Source of the DNA: an uncultured Phycisphaerales bacterium
Lineage (GTDB): Bacteria; Planctomycetota; Phycisphaerae; Tepidisphaerales; Tepidisphaeraceae
Length of the DNA: 64,000 nucleotides
Assembly (NCBI GenBank): GCA_963758525.1
Contig: CAVWVQ010000003.1
Span: forward strand, 4,928,001-4,992,000
Direction: 5' to 3'
Shown in pieces: positions 8,431 through 18,120 of this stretch (within the stretch, counting starts at the first letter, position 1; every line of letters starts with the position of its first letter). The position numbers and the translations under genes were made by a program. The notes below the pieces were generated by a model, which worked only from the letters and a program-made list of their open reading frames with translations, did no database searches and was not told where the DNA came from.

Positions 8431-11282
8431 ATGAATGTCGAGAATTCAGAGCAGCCGCGCAGATACCTCATCGGCATCGATCTCGGAACCACCAACTCCG
8501 CAATGGCATTCGTCGACACTGCTGAGAAGATCTGGGCGGTGAAAGACTTTCCAATTCCTCAGCTTGTCGGCGCTGGGCAGGTCGAGTCGCGCGACGTTTT
8601 GCCGTCGTTTCACTATGAGGCGGCCGAGAATGAATTCGCCGCGGGAGCGCTGCGGTTGCCGTGGGAAACTGCGGAGCACGAACGCGCCTTTGTCGGTGCT
8701 TTTGCCCGCGATCATGGCGCCCAGGTGCCGGGGCGGCTGGTCACCTCCGCCAAGTCGTGGCTCTCTCATTCCGGTGTCGATCGCACGGCGGGGTTGCTCC
8801 CCTGGCACGGCGCGGCTGACGTGCAAAAGTTCTCGCCGGTCGAGGTATCAAGTCGCTATCTCTCGCACATCCGCGCGGCGTGGGACGCAGCCCATCCCGA
8901 ACATCCACTGGGCCAGCAGGACGTCGTGCTCGCGGTGCCGGCGTCGTTCGACGAGGTGGCGCGTGAGCTGACGATCCAGGCGGCACAGGCGCGGGGCTGG
9001 CGCGCGTCGCGCTGGTGGAAGAACCGCAGGCGGCGTTCTATGCGTGGATCGATGCGCAGGGGGGCTCATGGGACCAGCAGGTCAGCGCGGGTCAGACGAT
9101 TCTGGTCTGCGACGTCGGCGGGGGCACCAGCGATTTCACGCTCATACGGGTAAAGCCAGCGGCAAATCGAAGCGTCCTGTTCCATCGGGTTGCGGTGGGA
9201 GAACATCTCATTCTCGGCGGGGACAATCTCGACTTGGCGCTGGCTCATCATATTGAGCAGCGCCTTGGGAGCGGCAAGCTGCATCCGGGCCAGTGGGGCC
9301 CGCTGATTCGGATTTGCCGGCAGGTGAAGGAAACCTTCCTGGGAAAGAATCCGCCGGAGCGGTTGACGGTGAGCGTTGCCGCGCCGGGAGCAAGACTGAT
9401 AGGCGGCGCATTGCAGTTGGAGCTGATGCGCAACGAAGTGGAGAAACTGCTGCTGGATGGATTCCTGCCGACAGTTGAGCTGACAGCATCGCCCGCCGCC
9501 CGACGCTCCGGGTTTCAGGAGTTTGGGCTTCCGTATGCGGCGGATGCAGCCATCACCCGATACCTCGCGGCGTTCCTCCGCGCGCACCGCGAGAAGCGCG
9601 ACGTTGGCAGCGGAGCGCCCTTACCCTCCTCGCTCCGCGGCGGAACCGAGGGCGCAGAAGCATCGCGGCCTGACATGGTTCTTTTCAATGGCGGATTGTT
9701 TGAATCGCCATTGCTCAGGAAGCGACTGATCGATGCGCTGGGGGCCTGGTTCCGCGGGGACGATCACGACTGGTCTCCCAAGATCCTGCGGAATGACCGG
9801 ATGGATCTGGCGGTGGCTCGCGGCGCGGCATACTACGCGATGGTGCGGCGCGGACGGGGCGTGCGCATTTCCGGCGGGCTGGCGCATTCCTATTATCTGG
9901 GCGTCGAAACCGGCTCGGCGCTCATGGCGGTCTGTCTGTTGCCCGCGGGGATCGAGCAGGGGCAGACAGTCGATCTGACCGGCCGGCGCTTTGCGTTGCG
10001 AGTGCGCCAGCCGGCGGAGTTTCCGCTTTACTTTTCCAGCACACGCACGACAGATCGTCCAGGCGAATTGATCGCCATCGAACGCGAGCAACTTACGGCG
10101 CTGCCGCCGATCCGCACCGTGATGCAGTCGAGCGGGGCGAAGGACGCCGATACCGTGACAGTTCAATTGCACGCCCGGCTGACAGAAGTGGGAACGCTCG
10201 ACATCTGGTGCGCGGAAGCCGAGGGAGAGCGGCGGTGGAAGCTGCAGTTTGACGTTCGCGCGGCGTCGCGCAGCGATTCGGCGCGACACACGGGAGAAGG
10301 GGAGGGGCACGGGGTTGTCGAGGATCGATTGCTCGAATCATGCCGCCGGAGCATTCGCGCGGCATTCGACGACAACGCTTCAGGTACGCCTGCGGGGATC
10401 GTTAAAAAATTGGAAGCTGACACAGGGATGTCGCGCAACGAATGGCCTCCGACGCTGCTGCGGAGCTTTTGGGAAACGTTGCTCGAGATGGACGGCACCA
10501 GAAAGCGCAGCGTGGAACACGAGGCGCGATGGCTCAGCCTCACCGGGTTTTCGCTGCGACCTGGTTATGGATTGGCGGTGGACGACTGGCGCGTCGCCAT
10601 GACATGGAGGCTCTACCAGGCCGGGACCACGCAGCCGAAGAACGAGCTGTGTCGCGCCGAATGGTGGATTCTCTGGCGACGCGTCGCCGGAGGACTGCTG
10701 ACGGCGCAGCAGACATTAGTCGGTGAGCCGCTGGTTGCGGACTGGCGCACCTATTTTCGCAAGGGAGGCATCGGCGTTCGCGGGCGGTCGCCTCAGTTTC
10801 AGTTCGGACCCCACGAGTCGGCCGAGGTATGGCGTCTGCTTGGATCGCTTGAATTGCTGCGCCCATCAGTGAAAAGTGAGCTGGGGCACATGATTCTCGA
10901 TCGTTTGCCGCGCGAGAAGATGCCGGCATCGCGTGACGCGATGTTATTCGCGCTGGGCCGGCTCGGTGCGAGGCAGCCGGTCTACGGGCCGCTCAATAGG
11001 TTGGTTCCGATCGAGGAAGCGGAGAGTTGGCTCGATCGATTGCTGCAGATGAATCTTGCCGATGAGCGTTCGGTCTTCGCGATCGTCCAACTTTCCCGAA
11101 GAACGGACGATCGGCACCGCGACCTGGCCGATGCGCCGCGCCGCAAAGTGCTCGACTGGCTCGCAACCCGTGCTGCGCCAGCACATCTGGTCGAACTGGT
11201 CCGCGTCGGCGGCGTTTTGCAGGAGCGGGAGCAGCGAAGTGTTTTCGGGGAAACACTGCCGCGGGGTCTGCGGATTGAATAA
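8431..11282 (+). CDS. Hsp70-family protein with long C-terminal extension (DUF3731-like); frameshift at about 8990
   Basis: IGIDLGTTNS, VPASFDEVAR, then in the next frame EEPQAAFY, DVGGGTSDF, LGGDNLD, LFNGG and AVARGAAY; C-terminal WLSLTGFSLRPGYG and LGARQPVYGP. Alternative start at 8407. Confidence 0.85.
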
Positions 11283-11380
11283 CTGTTTGCCAGCCTCCTT
11301 GAATCCGCTGAACCATTTCTTGCTCCCCTGAAGATGAAGTAATAGGATCGTAATATGGATTTAAGGCAAAAGAGACTTCT

Positions 11381-11608
11381 ATGGTGTGCAAACTGACAAA
11401 GCAGGGCGATGCCTGGGCGTTTATCGTTGATCAATCGATCCGGGATCTCATGGATATCGACGCAGATACGCTGTTGCACGTCTCGCTTGAGGGCCGTCGC
11501 CTGATCATCGAACCCATCTCCGACGAACAACGATCGAAGAAGCTGCAAAAAGCTCTGGAGGAAACGAACTTGGAATATGGTTCAGACCTGCGAAATTTGG
11601 CTAAGTGA
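11381..11608 (+). CDS. AbrB/MazE-type antitoxin
   Basis: 75 aa, KLTKQGDAWAFIVD..LMDIDADTLLHVSLEGRRLIIEP (swapped-hairpin pattern), directly upstream of a Doc-type gene. Confidence 0.8.
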   Translation: MVCKLTKQGDAWAFIVDQSIRDLMDIDADTLLHVSLEGRRLIIEPISDEQRSKKLQKALEETNLEYGSDLRNLAK

Positions 11609-11611
11609 GCG

Positions 11612-12007
11612 GTGATGAACGGCATCGCCTTCCTCGCCATTCAGGACATTTTCCACATCCACGCTGATCAAACCGAAAGATACGGTGGGTCTCAGGCCGT
11701 GTTAAACGAAGCCTTGATCGAGTCAGCAATCATGCAGCCGCAGATGACATTCGACGGTATGTATCTGCAAGAAGACATAGCAGCCATGGCGGCAGCATAC
11801 CTTTTTCATCTTTCCAGGAATCAAGGGTTTGTGGATGAGAACAAACGAACTGGCGCGGCTGCCGCGATCGTTTTCCTAAAGTTGAACGATGTCCAACTCA
11901 AACCTCCCATTGCCGGAACGCTTGAAAAGCTGGTCCTTGATGTCGTGAGCGGCGTCTGTAGCAAAGCAGAGGCTGCAAAGTTCTTCCGTGAACTCATCAT
12001 CACCTAG
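11612..12007 (+). CDS. doc: Death-on-curing (Fic/Doc) family toxin with a variant active-site motif
   Basis: IH..QTERYGG..LIESAI..P..F.G..L..MAAAYLFHL and QGFVDENKRTG where HxFxDGNKR is canonical. Confidence 0.85.
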   Translation: MMNGIAFLAIQDIFHIHADQTERYGGSQAVLNEALIESAIMQPQMTFDGMYLQEDIAAMAAAYLFHLSRNQGFVDENKRTGAAAAIVFLKLNDVQLKPPIAGTLEKLVLDVVSGVCSKAEAAKFFRELIIT

Positions 12008-12274
12008 GCTCTGTCTGAAAACCCTAAGCCCTCACGATGGGCCGGATTCGATTCGACTGCGAGGCGTCGCCCCGCAGTCCGGCTCCGTAGAGCCATCAAG
12101 GGGCGACAACGAAGCAGGCGGATCGAATCCGGCCCACCGGAGGCGGCTCAGAATGGCTTCGTCCGCGTCGTTGCCCCGGCTCAAAGGGTCTACGGACCCT
12201 GATGTCGCCAGGGCGCCTAGCGGCCAAAGCCATTCTGAGCCGTCGTGAGGACTTAGGTTTTCAGGCAGAGCCTA
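12005..12274. mobile_element. Non-autonomous MITE (266 bp, 12007-12272) with about 33-bp TIRs and flanking TA in a CTAG context
   Basis: Left end GGCTCTGTCTGAAAACCCTAAGCCCTCACGATGG; right end reverse complement GGCTCTGCCTGAAAACCTAAGTCCTCACGACGG; internal hairpin GGGCCGGATTCGAT/ATCGAATCCGGCCC; no transposase. Confidence 0.75.
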
Positions 12275-12330
12275 GCGAGAAGTCCTCAACGATTGTGGCA
12301 GCTATCGAACCGGTCGGTGATAGGAGACCC

Positions 12331-14259
12331 ATGTTCGGCCTGCGGCAGAAAGTGCTCATCGGCTTCGGCGGACTGCTGCTGATTCTGCTGATCGTCAGCG
12401 GCGTCGGGATCGGAGTGCTCCGGCAGTATCGCAACGCCCTCGACCGATTCCTGTACGACAACTGGCGCAGCGTCGAGTACGCGCGGGGAATGATCGATGC
12501 CGTCGAGCGCATCGACGAGTCGACACGAACAGTCGATGCGCGCGAGCTCAGGGGGGCGGTGGCCGCGCCGGTGGCGGATTTCGAGCGGAATCTCGACGCG
12601 GAGAACCGCAACATCACCCAGCCGGGGGAAGACGCGCTGGCGGCGGAGCTGACCGCGCTGTGGCGCGGTCCGCAACGCGGCTGCCGCACCACGCTCGATC
12701 GTCTTCTCGACTCATCACTGAACGCCGACGAGCGCGCCGTCGCACTCGCACAACTGCATGCGCTGCTTCCCAAGGTGAAGTCCGCCGTCCGAGCCATCTC
12801 GAAACTGAACTTCGACAACATGCAGCCAATCACCGGCAGCATCCGCTCGATGTCGGACAAGACCAGCCGGCTGATGGTGCTCCTCGCGCTGGCGGGGGCG
12901 GGGCTGGCGGTGTTGTTCATTCTGCTCGTCAGCCGATTGATTCTCGACCCGGTGAGGACGCTCACACGTTCGGCCCGGGAGATCGAGCGAGGTAATCTCG
13001 ATCTGGTGGTGCAGGTGAACTCGCGCGATGAGCTGCATCAGCTTGCCGAGGCGTTTAATTCGATGGCGGCGAAGTTGCGGGAGTATCGCCGGACCAACCG
13101 CGCCAAGCTGCTGCGGACGCAGCAGACCACGCAACTGGCCATCAACAGCTTCCCCGACGCCGTGGCGGTGCTCAGCCCCGACGGGCATCTGGAGATGACC
13201 AATGAAGTGTCCCGAAAATTGTTCGGCCTGCGCACCGGAGCCCGCGTATGGGACCTGCAGGCGCCGTGGCTCGCTGAGTTGTACGAGAAGACGCTGCAGA
13301 CATTGAAGCCAGTCGAGCCCAACGGCTACGAGTCCGCCCTCAAGGTGCTGGACGAGAAGGGAGGGGAGCGTGTCTTTCTTCCGCATGCGGTGCCAATCCT
13401 TGATGCCGACGGCGAGCAGCAGTTGCTGGGAGTGACGATTGTCCTGGCGGATGTGACCAATCTGCGACGGCTAGACGAGATGAAGAGCGGAATGCTGTCT
13501 GTCGTTTCGCACGAGCTGAAAACGCCGCTGACCTCGATCCGCATGGGTGTTCACCTGCTGCTGGAAGAGCGGGTCGGAAGCCTGACGGCGCTTCAAAGTG
13601 AGTTATTGACCGCACTGCGCGAGGACAGCGATCGACTGCACCGGATCATCGAGAACCTGCTGGACATGGGTCGCATCGAATCCGGTGGCGGGTTGATGCA
13701 GCTTCGGCCGGAGAGTGTTGAAGCGATTATCGCTGACGCGGCCGGGCCGATGTTGTCGGCTTTTGCGGATCGAGGGGTGAGGTTGTCGGTGGAACCGCCA
13801 GATGCGGCGCTTTGCGTTCTCGCGGATATCACCCGGATTGGACACGTACTTTCGAACCTGCTCGCCAACGCCTTGAAATACACGCCTGCCGGCGGAATGG
13901 TGCGCGTCATTGCCGTCGCGGAGCCCGCGACCGTGCGGATTTCTGTTACGGATATGGGCCCGGGCATTCCGCCCCAGTACCACGATCGCATCTTCGAGCG
14001 ATTTTTTCGCGTGCCGGGTCAATCCGGCAGAGGCGGCGCAGGATTGGGGCTGGCCATCGCGCGGGAAATCGTCGAGGCGCACGGAGGAGCAATCGAAGTC
14101 GAATCGCGGGAGGGAGCGGGGAGCACATTCAGCTTTACCCTCCGTCGCGCGGATGGGCCAGCAGAGGCAACGGCGTCGAGTTTGTTGGCCCGGAATGTCT
14201 TCGGACAGAGCCGCCAAGGGGTGGCGCTGGGGGATGTGACCGATATTCACGGCCGGTAA
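12331..14259 (+). CDS. Membrane sensor histidine kinase (2 TM, HAMP, PAS-like, HisKA, HATPase)
   Basis: Two hydrophobic helices, HAMP DELHQLAEAFNSM, H-box VSHELKTPLTSI, N-box NLLANALKY, D.GPGI, GAGLGLAI. AGGAG RBS before ATG 12331. Confidence 0.93.
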   Translation: MFGLRQKVLIGFGGLLLILLIVSGVGIGVLRQYRNALDRFLYDNWRSVEYARGMIDAVERIDESTRTVDARELRGAVAAPVADFERNLDAENRNITQPGEDALAAELTALWRGPQRGCRTTLDRLLDSSLNADERAVALAQLHALLPKVKSAVRAISKLNFDNMQPITGSIRSMSDKTSRLMVLLALAGAGLAVLFILLVSRLILDPVRTLTRSAREIERGNLDLVVQVNSRDELHQLAEAFNSMAAKLREYRRTNRAKLLRTQQTTQLAINSFPDAVAVLSPDGHLEMTNEVSRKLFGLRTGARVWDLQAPWLAELYEKTLQTLKPVEPNGYESALKVLDEKGGERVFLPHAVPILDADGEQQLLGVTIVLADVTNLRRLDEMKSGMLSVVSHELKTPLTSIRMGVHLLLEERVGSLTALQSELLTALREDSDRLHRIIENLLDMGRIESGGGLMQLRPESVEAIIADAAGPMLSAFADRGVRLSVEPPDAALCVLADITRIGHVLSNLLANALKYTPAGGMVRVIAVAEPATVRISVTDMGPGIPPQYHDRIFERFFRVPGQSGRGGAGLGLAIAREIVEAHGGAIEVESREGAGSTFSFTLRRADGPAEATASSLLARNVFGQSRQGVALGDVTDIHGR

Positions 14260-14403
14260 TGTGGTGGCAGGCGACGCGGGCCGGCACCGGGCAAATGTGC
14301 CCCAATGAGCATAATGATGACAAGGGCCACTGCTTTTTTCCGATACGGAGTGTAGAAGAGAGCGCCTTGATGGCGAATCCCGGGGGATTTGGAGCGCGAT
14401 TCG

Positions 14404-16272
14404 ATGTTGCGATCGCTATTACTTGGCGCCTCCGCGGTTCCACAAATTGCTGCCATCGTGTTCACGATGCGCATGGTGCTCAGCAGCGCCCGCAAGACCG
14501 CCTGGGTGCTTCTGACGATCGCACTGTCGATCATGCTGTTATCGCGTGTTTCGCTCCTGACGCTGATCCATGCGGACAAATCCGCAGACCTGGCTCCGCT
14601 CCTGCGGGGGGCGCAGTCGCTGGTCGTCTCCACCCTTTTCTTTGTCGCGATGTATTACATCCGCAGCGCCTTCGTGGAACGCGAGCGCGCGGAGTCGAGC
14701 CTGGCGGTGCAACGCCAGCGAATGGACCTGGCGATGAGCGCGGCGCCGATCGGGCTGTGGTACGGCGATCTGCCGCTGGATCGCTTCGTGTGGGACAAAC
14801 GCGTCTACGAGCACTTCTGGATGACTCCGGGAACAGAGGCAAGTGTTGACGTGTTTTATGCCCGCCTGCATCCGGACGATCGCGAGGCGGTCCGCAGCGT
14901 GGTCAATGAAGCGATCAGCCAGGGGAAGCCCTGCGATGTTGAGTATCGCACCGTCTCGCCCGACGATTCGAGCAAGCTCAAGTGGATCCGCGCGATCGGT
15001 CGTGTCGCGTATGAGGACGGCAAACCGGTGCGGTTTAATGGGATTACGCTGGATGTCACCGACCGCAAGACCGCCGAGCAGGAACGAGAGCAACTCCTGG
15101 ACAATGAGCGGCTTGCCCGCCGCGACGCGGAGGAGGCAAATCGTCTCAAAGACGAGTTCCTCAGCACGGTGAGCCACGAGCTTCGCACGCCGCTCAACGC
15201 GATCTTCGGCTGGGCGCAACTGCTCAAGGGCGGCAAGCTCGGTGCGGATGACGTCAGCGAGGGAATCGCAGTCATCGAGCGCAATGCCCGGGTGCAGACT
15301 CAGATCATCGAGGATCTGCTCGACATGAGTCGGATCATCTCCGGAAAATTGAGGCTGAACGTGCAGCGCGTGGACCTGGCGGCGGTGCTGCAGGCCGCCG
15401 TCGACTCCGTGCGGCCCGCCGCGGACGCGAAGGATATCCATCTCGAAAAAACGCTCGATCCGATGGCTTCGATCACCAACGGCGACCCGAATCGTCTGCA
15501 GCAGGTGATCTGGAATCTGCTGGCCAACGCGATCAAGTTCACGCCCCGCGGGGGCCGGGTCGCAGTCGCGCTGCAGCGCGTCGAGTCCACCCTGGAAATT
15601 ACGGTCAGCGACAACGGCGAAGGGATCTCCCCGGAATTTCTCCCGCATCTGTTCGAGCGATTCCGCCAGGCCGACTCCCGCGCATCGCGCGTGCATGGCG
15701 GACTTGGCCTTGGCCTTTCCATTGTGCGCCATCTCGTTGAGATGCACGGTGGAACCGTACGTGCCCAGAGCGACGGCGTCGGTCGCGGCGCGCGATTCGT
15801 CGTCACCCTGCCGATTTCCGCGGTAAAATCGGAGGCCGCCGAAGATCCCCAGGACAGCAAGCCGCGTCGCGAAGCCGGGGCGTCGTTGAGCCTGAAAGGG
15901 ATTCGCGTTCTGGTGGTGGACGATGAGCGGGATGCTCGCGATCTGGTGCGGGTGGTTCTGGAGAGATGCGATGCAAAGGTCGTCACCGCCGCTTCGGGAG
16001 CCGAGGCACTCGAGGAGTTGGAGCAACGCTCGTCGGACGTGGTGCTCAGCGATATCGGCATGCCCGGCCTGGACGGATATCAATTCATCCGCGCCGTGCG
16101 CGAGCGGGGAAACACGGTTCCCGCAGCGGCGCTGACCGCCTTTGCCCGATCCGAAGATCGCCGCCGTGCGATGATGGCCGGCTATCAATTGCACGTCGCC
16201 AAGCCGGTCGATCCCTCCGAGCTCGTCGCCATCGTCGCGAGTCTGGCTTCCAGGACGAAGGTGGAGAGCTGA
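14404..16272 (+). CDS. Hybrid sensor histidine kinase/response regulator (TM, PAS, HisKA, HATPase, REC)
   Basis: PAS LHPDDRE, H-box VSHELRTPLNAI, NLLANAIKFT, GGLGLGLSI; REC LVVDD..SDIGMPGLDGY..KP. Confidence 0.93.
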   Translation: MLRSLLLGASAVPQIAAIVFTMRMVLSSARKTAWVLLTIALSIMLLSRVSLLTLIHADKSADLAPLLRGAQSLVVSTLFFVAMYYIRSAFVERERAESSLAVQRQRMDLAMSAAPIGLWYGDLPLDRFVWDKRVYEHFWMTPGTEASVDVFYARLHPDDREAVRSVVNEAISQGKPCDVEYRTVSPDDSSKLKWIRAIGRVAYEDGKPVRFNGITLDVTDRKTAEQEREQLLDNERLARRDAEEANRLKDEFLSTVSHELRTPLNAIFGWAQLLKGGKLGADDVSEGIAVIERNARVQTQIIEDLLDMSRIISGKLRLNVQRVDLAAVLQAAVDSVRPAADAKDIHLEKTLDPMASITNGDPNRLQQVIWNLLANAIKFTPRGGRVAVALQRVESTLEITVSDNGEGISPEFLPHLFERFRQADSRASRVHGGLGLGLSIVRHLVEMHGGTVRAQSDGVGRGARFVVTLPISAVKSEAAEDPQDSKPRREAGASLSLKGIRVLVVDDERDARDLVRVVLERCDAKVVTAASGAEALEELEQRSSDVVLSDIGMPGLDGYQFIRAVRERGNTVPAAALTAFARSEDRRRAMMAGYQLHVAKPVDPSELVAIVASLASRTKVES

Positions 16273-16289
16273 CCCTGCATGGGAAGGGG

Positions 16290-16531
16290 AAATCCGAATG
16301 ACGAAAGCAGAAACGCCTGGGAACCCGAATCCTGGGAAACCCGAATGACGAAACCCGAAACCAGAATCAAATAATCAAATCCGAATGACGAATGACCAAA
16401 TGGGGCCGTCCGACATGAAGCGAGTGACGCGACTTGATGTGGGGGGAGTGGGTCACAAGCACCCCATTCAGTCATTCGTCATTCGGGTTTGATTCTTTGA
16501 TTCGGGGATTCTGGTTTCGTCATTCTGGTTT
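16290..16531. repeat. Large imperfect inverted repeat built from GAATGAC/GAATCAA-type short units
   Basis: Arm 16337-16405 is largely complementary to arm 16462-16531; an extra AAATCCGAATGACGAA unit starts at 16290. Confidence 0.8.
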
Positions 16532-16584
16532 TGTAACTGGGTTTTGTGACCGGGCGTCGAACTCGCCAACCGCAAACCCGGCCC

Positions 16585-16613
16585 CTGACACCCCGCGTTC
16601 CATCCAGTATGAT
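16585..16613 (+). promoter_or_regulatory. Sigma70-type promoter for tRNA-Leu
   Basis: CTGACA-17 nt-TATGAT, ending 8 nt before the tRNA. Confidence 0.6.
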
Positions 16614-16621
16614 CCTCCGAC

Positions 16622-16706
16622 CCGGGCGTGGCGGAATGGCAGACGCTACGGACTTAAAATCCGTTGGCCCGAAATGGCCGTGCGGGTTCGAGTCCCGCCG
16701 CCCGGA
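16622..16706 (+). tRNA. trnL: tRNA-Leu (anticodon TAA), no intron, CCA not encoded
   Basis: Acceptor stem CCGGGCG/CGCCCGG plus discriminator A; D-arm GGCGGAATGGCAGACGC; anticodon stem ACGGA/TCCGT with loop CT-TAA-AA; long variable arm; T-loop GTTCGAGTC. Confidence 0.97.
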
Positions 16707-16750
16707 GTTGGTGATTGTTGAGGCGTCGCGCCGTTGGGCTTCGAAATCAC

Positions 16751-16790
16751 CCTCACCCCAACGCTCTCCCGGATTACCGGGACAGGGGGT
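16751..16790. repeat. REP-like palindrome CCCTCACCCCAACGCTCTCCCGG..CCGGGACAGGGGGT
   Basis: Imperfect hairpin resembling CCCTCACCCC/CTCTCCC-type intergenic repeats. Confidence 0.55.
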
Positions 16791-16834
16791 AATCAGACAG
16801 CTAAGTACACATCCCCATAAGTAAGGGACCATCA

Positions 16835-16906
16835 ATGTAGGGCGGGATTTATCCCGCCGGATGCCTCCGCCGGAAGCGAATCGGCGGGATAAATCCCGCC
16901 CTACAT
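16835..16906. repeat. GTAG-class REP doublet (REPIN-like)
   Basis: Perfect 25-bp inverted repeat ATGTAGGGCGGGATTTATCCCGCCG (16835-16859 / 16882-16906); each arm is itself a short palindrome. Confidence 0.85.
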
Positions 16907-16934
16907 GTGGCCCTCTTTCAATGGGGAGATGTAC

Positions 16935-17107
16935 TAAGTGCTCGCGCACGAATAACCTGAGCAATTACGAAGCTACAAGCGACGCAATTGCGTAGCACGG
17001 CCGTCTCGGCTGTGGCCCGAAATCAGAGCCGAGACGGCCGTGCTACAGGGGAATCGCTGCGCTGACTTCGAAATTATCTGAGCAAGGTATTCGTGCGCGG
17101 GCCCTAA
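16935..17107. mobile_element. MITE-like element (16938-17104) with flanking TAA, containing a nested GTAG REP doublet
   Basis: TIR GTGCTCGCGCACGAATA vs GGGCCCGCGCACGAATA (15/17); TAA on both sides; internal perfect 20-bp inverted repeat GTAGCACGGCCGTCTCGGCT at 16992-17011 / 17027-17046. Confidence 0.65.
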
Positions 17108-17161
17108 GGCCGCGCGCGGAATCAATTGATCAAAGACAAGCACGCGGGCGATGCTGGATAC

Positions 17162-18050
17162 TCACTTCTCCGACGATTGCACGCCGGCTCCGCAACTGAC
17201 TTTGTTGGAGCGATCGATCTTCAGTTCCAGCCCGATTGCCGAGTTGTCCGGGCCCACGACTTGGCCGACGATGTGAAGCGTCACCTTCTGCCCCTCGGCG
17301 AGCGGTTGCGTGCTGTCATCGGCGGCGAACACGCCCTCCATGTCCATCTTCAGATCGCCGCTCTGAATCTGAACACCGCCCGGGCCTGGCCCTTTCAGAT
17401 CTTTGGCGGCCAGATTGCTCGTGATTTTCAAAACCTCTTTGCCGTCCACCTTGTCGGCGCCCACCAGCGTTGTGGTGCCGCTGATGTTTTCTTTTTCAAC
17501 GGGCACCCCAGCCTGTGCTGCCGCCTTGGCGGCCTGCTCGGCGCTGATCGGCCAGCTCGCGCCGGCCTTCTGCGGCTGCGATGTGCCGAAGGAACTGTCG
17601 TCGTCCGGCATTCCCGGATCGGTCATCTCGAGCACCAGCTCCATCACTTTCCCAGTCGCTTCGTCCGCCGGCGCGTTGTTGATCATATACGTCGCCGGCG
17701 CGGCGCCAGTGCGTTCAGCAACGATCACCGCGCCCGCATCCAGCACGGGATTTCCGTTCGAGGTACACTTGGAAACGGTCACCGAGATCTTCGTCGCATC
17801 CCCTTTGTCATTCACGGCGAGCACGCTGCGCGTGCCGGTGAGTTGGGCGGTGGTGGTTTCATGGGTCTCGCGGGCAGGCTGCCCCGGAATCGTCGCGGTC
17901 ACCACCTGCGACGATTTGCACTCCGACGCAAACGGCATCGTGTCGCCGACCTTTTCGGCGTGATGCAGCTTAATCGTGTATTCCTGCGCCCGCGCCAACC
18001 GCAAGGAGCAGCGAGAACCACACCGCGGCGGAAAAGCTCGTCTTCAGCAT
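17162..18050 (-). CDS. Hypothetical secreted protein (apparent frameshift in the signal peptide)
   Basis: GGAGG RBS and ATG 18050 give MLKTSFSAAVWFSLLLAV, which joins the 280-aa ORF (ARA-QEYTIKL...) one base out of frame. Confidence 0.6.
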
Positions 18051-18120
18051 GAAACCTCCGAAATTTGAACGTGAAAAGTTGTGAGCAGCGCGACGAGTAC
18101 AAGTGTCCAAACAGTCACCC

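Noticed and set aside
7997..8434. Short ORFs between the PEP-CTERM and Hsp70 genes
   Set aside because: They overlap a REP-like element and AT-rich intergenic DNA, with no motifs or convincing RBS.
12202..12330. N-terminal extension of the histidine kinase in the ORF track
   Set aside because: It begins inside the MITE; ATG 12331 has an AGGAG RBS and directly precedes the first TM helix.
14539..16194. Long antisense ORFs (e.g. 14539-16194, 32470-33900, 46522-48078, 60726-62225 on the minus strand)
   Set aside because: They shadow well-supported plus-strand genes, have no recognisable motifs, and are expected from high-GC codon bias.
16622..16706. tRNA-Leu as an integration site, group I intron host, or bldA-like regulator
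   Set aside because: No integrase or duplicated tRNA 3' end seen; the anticodon loop is uninterrupted; TTA codon usage cannot be assessed without genome-wide counts.
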